Shown here piece after piece: positions 20,243 to 30,699 of a stretch of 64,000 bases of DNA; position 1 is the stretch's first letter, and each line of letters starts with the position of its first letter. The notes under the pieces were generated by a model, which worked only from the letters and a program-made list of their open reading frames with translations, was not told the DNA's origin and searched no databases. The stretch is from IMG/VR virus record IMGVR_UViG_3300025133_000094, positions 1,182 to 65,181 of that record; one strand, given 5' to 3'. The stretch is from a virus (taxonomy: Duplodnaviria; Caudoviricetes). A program made the position numbers and the translations under genes.

Positions 20243-20330
20243 AGGAAATAGGGGGACGTTTTAAGTACGAAGCACTCCTCGTTTATTAACGAGGTCGGTG
20301 TATAGTGAACTAAACAGAGCCACACGACGA

Positions 20331-20353
20331 AAGGACTCGAAAGAATAATCCTT
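20331..20353 (+). promoter_or_regulatory. Internal-loop hairpin in the major capsid leader
   Basis: AAGGA-C-TC-GAAA-GA-ATAA-TCCTT. Confidence 0.5.
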
Positions 20354-20417
20354 AAGGGTGTTAGTATTTCTATGTAATTTTTTATAATACTAAAACTTTT
20401 AAATAAGGAGGAACATC

Positions 20418-21797
20418 ATGGCTTATGATGGACCGGGCGGAACAAATTTTGAAGCGGCAGGAGAAGGACTCGTATATCGAACCTCTACTGCTGCAACAGA
20501 TGCAGTCTCTGGCTCAAATACAACAGGCGGTAAGCTCTGGCTACCGATTTGGTCGGGAGAAGTAATCCACGCTTACGATCAATACAATAAATTTTCAGGG
20601 ATGGTAGACTCAAAAACTATCTCTAGTGGAACAACAATGGAATTTCCAATCACTGGTACCGTGGGACTTAAGTCTGCATGGGGAGCTGGTGAAGAACTAA
20701 TCGGTGGTGAGAACGCCGCAGCGACAACCTTCCAAGTTAAATTGGATAAACGTCCTATGGCTGCTCACTTTGAGTTGGATAACATTGACTTGATGCAAAC
20801 ACAATGGGAATACCGTGCGGAGCTTGCTCGTCAAGCTGGCATGACATTAGCTAATGCACGAGATAAGCAGATTGCTGTTTATATTATGCGAGCTGCATGT
20901 GAAGCTGCGGTTACAGGCGATGCTCGGGGACTTACACCTAAGGCACCGTTTGCTTCCGTTGATGAGTATGTACACTTTGGTAATAATGCTGTTACTGGTA
21001 ACCTTGCTGCAGGTACCTTCACAGGTGCTGCTAGTACTGCAAACGAGCGAACAAACGCTGCGTTAAAGGTACTACAAGATTGCGAAGACTGGATGGTATA
21101 TCTTCAAGAGAATGATATCCCAACAGAAGGTGTTTATCTAGTGATTACACCACAAGCGTTTGCTGATGTTCGTGCTCTTGGTGTAGCTAGAGCTAACCCA
21201 ACTGAAGCAAGTGATCCACTAACATGGAGTCAAGCACGGCCAATCTTTGGTGGTGTTGCTGAAACAGGTGGTTTAGGTAGCAGTCTTGTTGCTAAGCCAA
21301 CTATTGAAGAGACTCTTGAATACATGGGTGTTACGATTTGTAAATCAAATCACGCTCCATTGGGTGCGGGTTCTGGTGCTGTTGGTGATGCACTCGCAGG
21401 TAATGACTATTCAATCGGTACTGGTACATCTATCGGCGAATTCCGCTATAGTGTATGTGGCCGAGGTGATAAGGGTGGTGCTGATAACGACTCTGAGCCT
21501 AATGATGACGGCACAACCACTATCTATGGTGGTATCTGTCGTGGTCTTCTATGGCAACGAGGTTGTGTAGCTTCTTTGAGTCTTCAAGGCTTGAAGGTTG
21601 ATACGGTTGACGACATCCGTCGTAACACTGTGTTTACAGTTGCTTCAATGATGCAAGGTACGGGCGTTCTACGTCCAGAATGTGCTTGTGCTATTATTGA
21701 TAACGTTAAGTCAGCACACTCTACTATTACAGCTGCGACAACTCGAGCACATGCTAGAAGTTGCTTCGATATTGAAGCTGAACATATCCGAGCATAA
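20418..21797 (+). CDS. Major capsid protein (T7 gp10-like)
   Basis: LWLPIWSGEV, KTISSG...FP.TG, G..LA...D, GV.ICKSN, GTGVLRPECA; strong TAAGGAGG RBS. Confidence 0.96.
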   Translation: MAYDGPGGTNFEAAGEGLVYRTSTAATDAVSGSNTTGGKLWLPIWSGEVIHAYDQYNKFSGMVDSKTISSGTTMEFPITGTVGLKSAWGAGEELIGGENAAATTFQVKLDKRPMAAHFELDNIDLMQTQWEYRAELARQAGMTLANARDKQIAVYIMRAACEAAVTGDARGLTPKAPFASVDEYVHFGNNAVTGNLAAGTFTGAASTANERTNAALKVLQDCEDWMVYLQENDIPTEGVYLVITPQAFADVRALGVARANPTEASDPLTWSQARPIFGGVAETGGLGSSLVAKPTIEETLEYMGVTICKSNHAPLGAGSGAVGDALAGNDYSIGTGTSIGEFRYSVCGRGDKGGADNDSEPNDDGTTTIYGGICRGLLWQRGCVASLSLQGLKVDTVDDIRRNTVFTVASMMQGTGVLRPECACAIIDNVKSAHSTITAATTRAHARSCFDIEAEHIRA

Positions 21798-21821
21798 CTT
21801 ATTGCTTAGATATTAAATATT

Positions 21822-21860
21822 GCCTGGGCTCCTCCTTTGGGGGAGTCTGGGCTTTTTTTT
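21822..21860 (+). terminator. Intrinsic terminator after the capsid gene (T-phi equivalent)
   Basis: 14-bp stem with G-U pairs, GCCTGGGCTCCTCC-TTT-GGGGGAGTCTGGGC, followed by T8. Confidence 0.92.
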
Positions 21861-21873
21861 ATAAGGAGAATAC

Positions 21874-22548
21874 ATGGGATATATATCAAAATTAGATGCC
21901 ATAAATCACATCCTTATCATGGCAGGAGAATCTGTTGTAACACTAGACCAATACACTACAGGTGGTCTTGATGTTAGTACGGCTAATACTGTACTAGATC
22001 GTTATATAGAGGACTATACTATGAGAGGGCTTGTTGGCAATCGCGTTCTTAAAAAGCAAACCCTTAGTGCTGCTGGTAAGATTGATATAGGTACCGCTTC
22101 TGTACTTAGCGGTGAGCTTGTGTCTTACCACGAAAACACTGAGGGCTATATGATACAGGCCCAGATTAGGGGACAATCTGATGGCAGTGGAGATAGTTAT
22201 TTATATAATATCACCGATCAAACTGATCAATGGGACTCTGGTAAAGAATATACTTACGAAGTTACTTATGTTATGGCGTGGGATGATATAGATACACCCC
22301 TTCAAAGGGCTATACTCGCAGCAGCAGCTCGTCAATACCAAATTATTATGCAAGGAGACGCTAACGCTGATCTGTATTTAGAAGGATTAGAAGCTATGTA
22401 CTCTGCTAAAGCTAGAGCATCTAATGTAGACGATAGACGACGACAGATTGTCTCTCAACTTCCCCCATCAGCACGTAGAGCTATGTTAAGATCTGAAGTT
22501 GGTAATAATCCGGCTAGATTTAGATACTGGAATACGTGGAATGGCTAA
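21874..22548 (+). CDS. Tail tubular protein A (gp11-like)
   Basis: KLDAINHIL..GE..V, WDDI, I...AAR; synteny. Confidence 0.92.
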   Translation: MGYISKLDAINHILIMAGESVVTLDQYTTGGLDVSTANTVLDRYIEDYTMRGLVGNRVLKKQTLSAAGKIDIGTASVLSGELVSYHENTEGYMIQAQIRGQSDGSGDSYLYNITDQTDQWDSGKEYTYEVTYVMAWDDIDTPLQRAILAAAARQYQIIMQGDANADLYLEGLEAMYSAKARASNVDDRRRQIVSQLPPSARRAMLRSEVGNNPARFRYWNTWNG

Positions 22549-25500
22549 AAGAAGACAAAAAAGTACATCATACTTCCCAGTTAAAATAGATGTACAGACT
22601 TTATCTGGTGGTGTAGGAAGATCCACGCCATCAAAAAGATTACCCACTGAAGCTGAGAACCTAGACAACATAATAGTTTCTTTAGAACACTCAGCTGAAA
22701 AACGCAGGGGCTTAACTTTAACGAAATGGAAAGATGCAGACGAGGGAACATCCGGAGATGAGAGGGTACCCGGAAGGCTGTCTGAGATAACAGACACTAT
22801 TGGAGGAGAGGCTAGCTCTGATAAGGATTTGTGGTTTCACTGGTTCAGGGTCTCAGTCAAGGCTTTGTATCTTATAGCTGTTGATTATAATGCAGTTTAT
22901 ACAATAGAAAACGATATACTTATCTCAACTTTATGGTGGGTATTTAAGATAAATGAAAATGGGGAACTAGAACAACAAGCCGTAGATCAACCAGATGAAG
23001 AGATGTGGGATTACATAACACACGGCAACGGGACTAGCACAGCCCAAGAATCTCTTAGGGCTGTAGCTGTTGGTTCTTCTATCCTAGTACTTAACACTCA
23101 GGTAAAAGCAGGGTTTACTAGTGATCCCACTACTGATGGTTCTAGTGGTAGCTTATTATATAAAATGGATGGTACGGTACACGATAATCTAGAGGATAAG
23201 CAAGGACCTGGTGTTGAATACTTAACATCTATTACTGTTGATCCAGAAGGTGACGCAGAAGCGTGGACTGAGTGGTCACAGTTTATAGCAGGAGATAAGG
23301 CTATAGATCTAGAGGATAGAAAGAATGATACAGAGTTAAATAATAATATCTACCCAGCTGATCCCGGCGCTGGTACTACCTATGATTATTTACGCAAGGG
23401 TATATGGGAAGTACATGAAGATATCTCTGGAATCGTGGGACCTGACATATCAGGAGCAACCCAGAGACGACCTAGCCACGGTATTGATAAAAATGTACTA
23501 AATGTCGAGACACAATATGGTATTGATAAGGATTTTCTTTCTCATACACACTTTCAGGGGGGCACTGTTAACAAGAAAGCTGTTGATACATTTAAGTTTA
23601 TGAATAATGGCGGTCATGTGGCTGCGGATGACGCGGCAGCAGCCATTTGTGCTGGCATGGGCGATCATTCCGCATTCAGAGTAACGTGGTATGCTGATCA
23701 GCCTGTAGTTGGTGTTGATGCTGATGATAACGGTCTGATGGATCCCGGCGACGGTATGGGATGGGCTGTAGTAAGGGTTGCTTTTGATCTGAGCGCAGAT
23801 AAAGGAACAACAGAAATCCGCAAAGACAGTATTACCGGAACTATATGGGATCCTGAGGCTGATGTAATGACTGATGCTTCGAATATATTTATTGTTATAA
23901 GTACGCTTGATATCGGTACTATGGAAAACTTAACACAGTCAGTAGTAGCAGGCATTAACAAGGGGTTTGACCAAGGAGTCACGCACTGTAGGGCTGAGGT
24001 AGACTCTGCGCTTACTGGTTTTACGGTAGAAATACAGTACTACGAAAATCAATGGGTAAAGTCTTACGAAGAAGATGAAGACGGGGAACCTACTGAGGAG
24101 CGAAGGTTTACTGATTTCATAAAAGCATCAGATTATTATTACCCTAACCCAGAAGAGAAATTCTTAGGACAGGCAGTATCAAAGCTATCAGATCTACGCT
24201 TCCCTCCTACTCTAGCTGATTTCGCAGCATTCAATGGCGGAGATGGAGTCGAAGAAATGCTTGCTGAGTTGTATCCAGGTGAGGGTCACCTATCTACTGA
24301 GGACTTAGACGACAACGGCGAGCTTGACGACGCAACAGGAAGAGGTAAAATATATTACTTAAGCCAATCTTACTTAGGTCTATCAGAAGGACACTACAGG
24401 GTCACAAGTATTGATGACTTGCCTTACTTAACTAAGATACGTACTCCCGAGATGATGTCTATCATTGACAAGAGGCGTATGCCTAAACAAATAACTATAG
24501 GCGGCACTACTAACTGGACTATGCGTAATGTAGAGTGGGATGTTAGAAAATCAGGAAGCATAAAAACTAATCCTGGTCCCTCTATCTTTCATGACGGTGA
24601 CGGCAATGCGGTGCAACGGCAGATAACAGCCATCTCTTTTTATAGGGGACGGCTGTTCTTAGCTTCAGAGGATATACTAGTATCTTCAAGGATAACTAAC
24701 TGGGATGATTTCTGGGTAGAGAATCCTGAGGTTATCACAGTATCAGATCCAGTAGACCTAAGGGTATCGTCTAATGACTATACACCTATCACATATCTAC
24801 AACCATATAGAAACTTTCTTTTCATGGCAACTGATGGTAGTACACAGTACGAACTAATGGGTTCAGAGAATCAAATCTCCCCACTAACTGCTGAGATAGC
24901 TCCTACCTCGTTCTTTAGTATGGCTAGAGATGTTCCACCCGTGCTCTTAAACAACAGTCTATTCTTTTTAGATAAGAAGAAGCTATATATATACTTCGGA
25001 GAAAAATCAGAGTCTACTCAGAATTCAATGGAGATTTCTGTAAACGTTCCTGAGTATTTACCTGAGAATTATAGAACAGTTGCGGTATCTCCCGTGACTG
25101 AAGGGTTTTTTATGGTAGACGCCGACAACCCTAACCATATTTATTGTTATAAAAATAGGATAGGGGGTGATCAAATCTTACAAAACGCTTACTATCGTTT
25201 TATCTTAAGCGATGGTATATCTGTGAAATCTTTAGAGGCGGTTGATGATTTACTATACGTAGTGTGGGAGGACACAGTATCAGATGGAGGTGATTCGTGG
25301 ACTACGGTTAATACAGGTTATATAGATTTAAAGAATGAAGAACTACTAGAGCCCCGAATGGATAATCTATTATTACTAGCGCCTGCCGATATAACTAACT
25401 TAGCCTTTGATGGTACTGATACTACTTTTAGAATAAAGAGTGGCTCTACTGATATGACTAAGATAATGTTATGGGATCCTGATGGAGCTTCAGCGAATAA

Positions 25501-26038
25501 TGTTACAGGGGTGCTACATAATATAACAGTAGAGGTGTTATCTGATGAGACTCTAGCCCCTCTTGGCTGGGTAGAAGTAAAAACAGTGCTACCAGCAGAC
25601 GATACTAGTGTTACTTCAATAGATTTAACCGGTGAATTGACTTCAAAGGGGTGTTATCTAGGTAAACCATATCTATCTACTATAGAATTATCTCCTATAT
25701 ATTATAGGGATACAGAACAAAACGCAATGAATGGCTCTCTAAGTCTTAGAATGGGACAAATAAGATTCAGAAACTCTGGTGACTTTGATGTTTTTGTTAC
25801 TAGGAAACAAAGAACCGCAACTGAAGATAAGTTTATAATCGATGTAGCTGATATGAGAGCTGTTGATCTAAGCTATCAGCCATACAGGGATCAAGGTATT
25901 TTCAAGGTACCGATACTAGGTTTTTCTCATGACATATCTATGACAATCTCTAGCGATTCTGTTTATCCTTTAGCTATATCCGACTTAGAATTTAGAGCTA
26001 AGTTTAAGGACAAACTAGCTAATCTAGGCTCAATGTGA
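22541..26038 (+). CDS. Tail tubular protein B / nozzle (gp12-like), enlarged to 1165 aa
   Basis: LSGGVGR, KRRG, W..R..G...NP.PS, FYRGRL, SDPVD; start moved to ATG 22541. Confidence 0.92.
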   Translation: MAKRRQKSTSYFPVKIDVQTLSGGVGRSTPSKRLPTEAENLDNIIVSLEHSAEKRRGLTLTKWKDADEGTSGDERVPGRLSEITDTIGGEASSDKDLWFHWFRVSVKALYLIAVDYNAVYTIENDILISTLWWVFKINENGELEQQAVDQPDEEMWDYITHGNGTSTAQESLRAVAVGSSILVLNTQVKAGFTSDPTTDGSSGSLLYKMDGTVHDNLEDKQGPGVEYLTSITVDPEGDAEAWTEWSQFIAGDKAIDLEDRKNDTELNNNIYPADPGAGTTYDYLRKGIWEVHEDISGIVGPDISGATQRRPSHGIDKNVLNVETQYGIDKDFLSHTHFQGGTVNKKAVDTFKFMNNGGHVAADDAAAAICAGMGDHSAFRVTWYADQPVVGVDADDNGLMDPGDGMGWAVVRVAFDLSADKGTTEIRKDSITGTIWDPEADVMTDASNIFIVISTLDIGTMENLTQSVVAGINKGFDQGVTHCRAEVDSALTGFTVEIQYYENQWVKSYEEDEDGEPTEERRFTDFIKASDYYYPNPEEKFLGQAVSKLSDLRFPPTLADFAAFNGGDGVEEMLAELYPGEGHLSTEDLDDNGELDDATGRGKIYYLSQSYLGLSEGHYRVTSIDDLPYLTKIRTPEMMSIIDKRRMPKQITIGGTTNWTMRNVEWDVRKSGSIKTNPGPSIFHDGDGNAVQRQITAISFYRGRLFLASEDILVSSRITNWDDFWVENPEVITVSDPVDLRVSSNDYTPITYLQPYRNFLFMATDGSTQYELMGSENQISPLTAEIAPTSFFSMARDVPPVLLNNSLFFLDKKKLYIYFGEKSESTQNSMEISVNVPEYLPENYRTVAVSPVTEGFFMVDADNPNHIYCYKNRIGGDQILQNAYYRFILSDGISVKSLEAVDDLLYVVWEDTVSDGGDSWTTVNTGYIDLKNEELLEPRMDNLLLLAPADITNLAFDGTDTTFRIKSGSTDMTKIMLWDPDGASANNVTGVLHNITVEVLSDETLAPLGWVEVKTVLPADDTSVTSIDLTGELTSKGCYLGKPYLSTIELSPIYYRDTEQNAMNGSLSLRMGQIRFRNSGDFDVFVTRKQRTATEDKFIIDVADMRAVDLSYQPYRDQGIFKVPILGFSHDISMTISSDSVYPLAISDLEFRAKFKDKLANLGSM

Positions 26039-28122
26039 GTAACAATAATAGCGAAGCCGTCACGTACGTAAAACACGAGGCGGGGCATGATAGCTCTAAT
26101 TTAGTTTGGACTACATTAAATCTCAATACTACTATGGAGTCATTTGAACAACTTGAGATCATAAGAAAGTTTGATATTTCTACGGTTGATGACCTAGTTA
26201 ATGAGCCTCCTACTGCTGAAGAGCTAGAGACACTATATACATTACCGAGTTCTTCACCGCCTGTATCTCCTATGTTTAGTTTAGATGAGGATAATGAGAA
26301 GATAGTAATGTCTTCTTCTTTACCTGACTTTATGTGGCTAGATACACTGCACCATAGTCGCGGAGCAGACATACAGCTACCCGTATATGACCCAGCTACC
26401 GATGAACTGATTATTAATAGAAAGACTCCTTCTTTATTTCCTGAGGTTGTATGGATTGCTGGAGCAAAAGTAACGGCTCGTTCTCTTAACGCAGCTAACT
26501 ATCAATCGATTTCTTTAATACAAGAACTTAGATCCAGAGTCCTTAATCCGCTGGATTTGAACTATGAAAGAGGAGCTTCTTTGGGCACATGTCCATTGGA
26601 TTCTAATGCGGTAATTCCTTTGAAGCATATACCATCAGAACTAGGTGGACAAGGTGAGATAGCTATAGACTTATCTGACAAGGAATTGATTGATCTACAA
26701 GATGTATATACCTCAAATAAAGCAAATGGACAAATATTAACTTGGGATTCTAGCATAGCTCCTGCGGGTCAATGGACTAACGATTTTCCTTTATTCAACT
26801 CAGTAGATGTAGGGTCTGCTAATGATTTAGATGTTTTTAGGTGGGATGGTTCTGATTGGGAGTTAGTACCGCTACCGTTAAAAGATTTAGGTGATGTAAC
26901 AAATGATACAGAAACACTGGGAAATCTATTAGCTTGGGATAGCTCTACTAATGAATGGATTCTATCTGGATACGTAGCTGCTGATGATCCAGCATACCCT
27001 AACCGAAGCGATGGTCAATTACTTACATGGAATATTAATAATGATAGGTGGGAAGCAAAGGCACCACCCGCATTTAGTTATGAAGTATTTGATATATCCA
27101 ACGAATCAATTTTTACATTAACTGATGTTGGTTTTTACTGTCCTCCAGAGGGAGACTGTACTACCGCAGATGATATAGTTGATGGCGATGTGCTTGCTTG
27201 GTTTGGTGGTGTTACTACTGGAACTTTCCGAGCTAAGAGCCTTGATAATTGGGATCTTAATAACGGGTATAATGGTACTGATGATTCCTCTGTTGGTCCT
27301 GATTCTCCGCTATATTCGGGCGGATATAAAGGACCCTCTCTACATAACTTCTACAAAGATGGTTGGCAGCTATATTGGGACAACGCTATTCCGCAGTCGG
27401 ATGATACTAATCTTATCAGGGGAAGTTTCCATGTTGGTCCTCCCTTCCAGGGGGGTTTCGTTAATACGCATACTGCTCAGAATCAAGAGGTTTTAAAATG
27501 GGAACTTGGTAACGACAAACCCCTGAATGACCCCGATTATATTCCTGATCACTGGATCAATGGAAAACTTAACTTAAATCACTTAGGCGACGTAAATGCA
27601 TTCGAGCCCGATCCTGGCGATATTATTACATGGAACGCCAGTGAGAGTGAGTGGCAATTAACAGCTGGTGAAGCGGGTGGTTCAACTGGAGACGGGTACT
27701 ATAAAACACATCATGAGTTTACTATAGCACAGAACGTAGGAACTGATCCTGATCTGCCTGCCATTTGGTCAACAGTCTATGTAGCTCCTTACGATATTAG
27801 ACTTCACGATTGGAGGTTATATACAACAACTCTATCAAAACTTCAGCTAAGTCTATGGAGATGTGAGCACAGTACATGGAATCAGTCAGGTGGTGATGCT
27901 GACTGGGATAGAATGGATGCTGATCTAGCACAAGTTGTTGGATGGGGAATGCAGGGAGGACCTTTTTCGCAGCAGAAAAAAAAATCTAACGCAGCGCTAA
28001 ATATGGTATATACGGATTTAACGGAATGGCAATTATTTGTACTGGTATTAGAGCACCTCGAGGGAGACAGCGGGGATATTCCCACCCATGTACACTTTTC
28101 TGTTACTTGGGAAATACTGTAG
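26035..28122 (+). CDS. Tail fibre 1
   Basis: gp17-like N-terminus (RKTP...W..G..VTA..LN); repeats L.DL.DV...G..L.W. Confidence 0.8.
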   Translation: MSNNNSEAVTYVKHEAGHDSSNLVWTTLNLNTTMESFEQLEIIRKFDISTVDDLVNEPPTAEELETLYTLPSSSPPVSPMFSLDEDNEKIVMSSSLPDFMWLDTLHHSRGADIQLPVYDPATDELIINRKTPSLFPEVVWIAGAKVTARSLNAANYQSISLIQELRSRVLNPLDLNYERGASLGTCPLDSNAVIPLKHIPSELGGQGEIAIDLSDKELIDLQDVYTSNKANGQILTWDSSIAPAGQWTNDFPLFNSVDVGSANDLDVFRWDGSDWELVPLPLKDLGDVTNDTETLGNLLAWDSSTNEWILSGYVAADDPAYPNRSDGQLLTWNINNDRWEAKAPPAFSYEVFDISNESIFTLTDVGFYCPPEGDCTTADDIVDGDVLAWFGGVTTGTFRAKSLDNWDLNNGYNGTDDSSVGPDSPLYSGGYKGPSLHNFYKDGWQLYWDNAIPQSDDTNLIRGSFHVGPPFQGGFVNTHTAQNQEVLKWELGNDKPLNDPDYIPDHWINGKLNLNHLGDVNAFEPDPGDIITWNASESEWQLTAGEAGGSTGDGYYKTHHEFTIAQNVGTDPDLPAIWSTVYVAPYDIRLHDWRLYTTTLSKLQLSLWRCEHSTWNQSGGDADWDRMDADLAQVVGWGMQGGPFSQQKKKSNAALNMVYTDLTEWQLFVLVLEHLEGDSGDIPTHVHFSVTWEIL

Positions 28123-30347
28123 TGTTACAGAGACACAATAGACTAATCGCCGTCTATGAAGGAGAGACACTAGAAGAACCAACGGGTTGGCTGTCATTTA
28201 GGAATATTCCTATGAGATACGGTGAATCAATGCAGGATCAAATAGAAGTTATAAGGGTGTTTGATTACGTTGAAGCCTTAGGTGCTGGTGTTTCTCCTAC
28301 ACAAGATCAGATTAATAGCATGTTTTCTTTGCGGAATACGGATTCATCTGGTAGTAGTATGTATACTATTTCTGAGGGTGCCTATTCTATACAGATGTCG
28401 GATGATTTAGATGACTATATGTGGCTAGGCAACGGTATTCATCACGATCTACCCTTAGATATACAGCTTCCTATAGCATCTAGTGATGATACTATTATCA
28501 TTAAACACAAAGATTATATAGCTACTAGTATTATTCAATGGGAACCCAGTGATTTTATTATTGCTGCTGGTCTTAATACAGGAATAATACAGATACTTTG
28601 GACATTCTTAGATATAGAGGTGTCAGTTTTTTATCCCCATATCTCTACATTTTACATTGGTTTTAATAATGGACTGGCTCGTTTAGGTGAAGATACTATA
28701 TTAAACGTATCTTCTTTCCCTAGCGGTATTGGTCCCACAGGTGAACCCCTTGATGGAGATTTAGAAGGCAGTAGATTATATGATGTAGGGGATGTATATA
28801 GAACAGTTCCTTTCCCTGGCTTTCAGGTAGAGTGGAGATCTGCCTTAAATAAATGGATTCCTAGTGTACCGTTTGGATATACAGGAATAGTAAATAAACC
28901 AGCCGGTACTATACTTAGATGGAAACTATATTCAGGGGGATGGGTAACTGAGCAGATTTTATTAAATGAAATCGATGACGTATATACCAAAGAAGAGCAC
29001 GATGGTGATGGCATCCCGCATGGACCACAACCAGGCGCTTTAATCAATAGAGACAACGCTAATACTTGGACCTTGGGTGGCAATGTAAAAGATAAGCCAC
29101 CAGATACTTCATGGTCTCCTGATGAGGGATGGATAGCACCATACGGTAGCTCTACTACATCTAATGATCCTAATAATATAGGACACGGTTATCACATATC
29201 CTGGAATTCTGTGAGGAATCAGTGGGAATACAATAAGACACTACAAGACGAGTATGATTATTATACTTTTGAATGGAACGAAGAACATTTTGCTATTGGT
29301 GATTTAGGTGACGTTGAACTGGATTTATCTGTCCCAAAACGGGCCGGTCAGTTGCTTACGTGGGACACGAGTGCGGGCACTTTTACTAATCGTTCGTATA
29401 ATATGGAATCTTTAGCTAACGTACAAGATCCTCCAGAAACTATACCTGATGGCTATGTTTTAATATGGGACACTTCGTTATACCACCCCAAACAAGACCC
29501 AGCAGATCCCCCTGAGGGTATGTTTAAGTGGGGAGCGCCAATGTCTATGATAGATACTGTAGATACTAGCGTTGCTACAGATAATGATATACTTAAACTT
29601 GTTTCTAATGAAGGAACAGTAGAATGGAGAGTAGGCCCACATTACTTAGGTGACTTAGGTAAGGTATCTATAGCGGGAACTCCAAAAAATGGTACAGATT
29701 TAGTATGGAGTGGTGCTGAGTGGAAGCCACGTTACAATGTGGGAGATCCTGATGACCCTACTTCAGTGTATTATTTAAATACAGAGTTATCGTACTTTAT
29801 AGTAAGCCCTAGTCCAGGTTGGCCTGTATCGAATAGAGAAGTTATAATGGATAACAGATATGGACTTTGTGAGGTATTGCGGGATGGTACTATAACGGGA
29901 TTTTCCATGTTTCAACCATTGGAGATAGGTGGCACATACCAAATTACGGGACCTGGTGCATTTGGCGGTACGCTCTATAATAGCGCTGAATTCGATGACT
30001 ATATAGGATGGAAACCAGCTGGCTTTTTATTGTATAGAGATGCTATTACTTATGACGGCGATGATGAAGATGGTATTATTAGTACCTCAGCTTTATTAGA
30101 CCCAGTTGATAAGTTCGACGGATTGGCTGATAGGTATATTGATGGTACTTATTCGGGATATAATATGCTTGATGAAATGCAGAGAGAACATTACTCATTC
30201 GCTCCTGAGATGGATGGTCAGTTCTATAAGATGAGCGTATCTGTCAATAAAGGAGATATTTTGAGAGTAGAATATCTTATATCACCAGAGGATAATACCC
30301 AAAGGACAACCTACCAAAAAGCATTTTGCACTTGGAGACTTACATAA
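28122..30347 (+). CDS. Tail fibre 2 (paralog of fibre 1)
   Basis: GTG 28122 overlaps the TAG of fibre 1; similar N-terminal domain and repeats, different C-terminus. Confidence 0.78.
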   Translation: MLQRHNRLIAVYEGETLEEPTGWLSFRNIPMRYGESMQDQIEVIRVFDYVEALGAGVSPTQDQINSMFSLRNTDSSGSSMYTISEGAYSIQMSDDLDDYMWLGNGIHHDLPLDIQLPIASSDDTIIIKHKDYIATSIIQWEPSDFIIAAGLNTGIIQILWTFLDIEVSVFYPHISTFYIGFNNGLARLGEDTILNVSSFPSGIGPTGEPLDGDLEGSRLYDVGDVYRTVPFPGFQVEWRSALNKWIPSVPFGYTGIVNKPAGTILRWKLYSGGWVTEQILLNEIDDVYTKEEHDGDGIPHGPQPGALINRDNANTWTLGGNVKDKPPDTSWSPDEGWIAPYGSSTTSNDPNNIGHGYHISWNSVRNQWEYNKTLQDEYDYYTFEWNEEHFAIGDLGDVELDLSVPKRAGQLLTWDTSAGTFTNRSYNMESLANVQDPPETIPDGYVLIWDTSLYHPKQDPADPPEGMFKWGAPMSMIDTVDTSVATDNDILKLVSNEGTVEWRVGPHYLGDLGKVSIAGTPKNGTDLVWSGAEWKPRYNVGDPDDPTSVYYLNTELSYFIVSPSPGWPVSNREVIMDNRYGLCEVLRDGTITGFSMFQPLEIGGTYQITGPGAFGGTLYNSAEFDDYIGWKPAGFLLYRDAITYDGDDEDGIISTSALLDPVDKFDGLADRYIDGTYSGYNMLDEMQREHYSFAPEMDGQFYKMSVSVNKGDILRVEYLISPEDNTQRTTYQKAFCTWRLT

Positions 30348-30355
30348 GGAAAAAT

Positions 30356-30568
30356 ATGGATAAAAATAAATTATTACAACAGTTATTAGTAGATTGTCTG
30401 CTGTTAGACTTAGAAGACCCTGATAAATGCACACCCGGTTTATACCAAGTGGTACGTGGTGTCATAAACGATAACAAACAAACCAATGAAGAGATACCTA
30501 ACGAAACGTTACAGTTTTTAGAAGATAAACTAAGCAGTGCTATTCCTTTTAAGAAGGATACAGCATGA
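30356..30568 (+). CDS. Terminase small subunit (gp18-like)
   Basis: TPGLYQVVRGVINDN resembles the gp18 core; upstream of the large terminase; AAGGA RBS. Confidence 0.7.
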   Translation: MDKNKLLQQLLVDCLLLDLEDPDKCTPGLYQVVRGVINDNKQTNEEIPNETLQFLEDKLSSAIPFKKDTA

Positions 30569-30699
30569 GTAGCGGTGAGTGTAAAAAAAGTAAAACAATG
30601 CGGCTAAAGAAAAAGTATTCTCATGGCGGAGGAAGCAATAAAAGTAAGGTTTCTGGTAAGTTTAGAAAGATAACACCTAATAGAAATAAACCCAAATGA
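30565..30699 (+). CDS. Small Lys-rich protein (44 aa)
   Basis: ATGA overlaps at both ends and fills the gap between terminase genes; MSSGECKKSKTMRLKKKY... Confidence 0.55.
   Translation: MSSGECKKSKTMRLKKKYSHGGGSNKSKVSGKFRKITPNRNKPK

Noticed and set aside
21700-21870. T7 10B-style capsid frameshift extension
   Set aside because: The terminator and gp11 follow immediately, leaving no extended alternative frame
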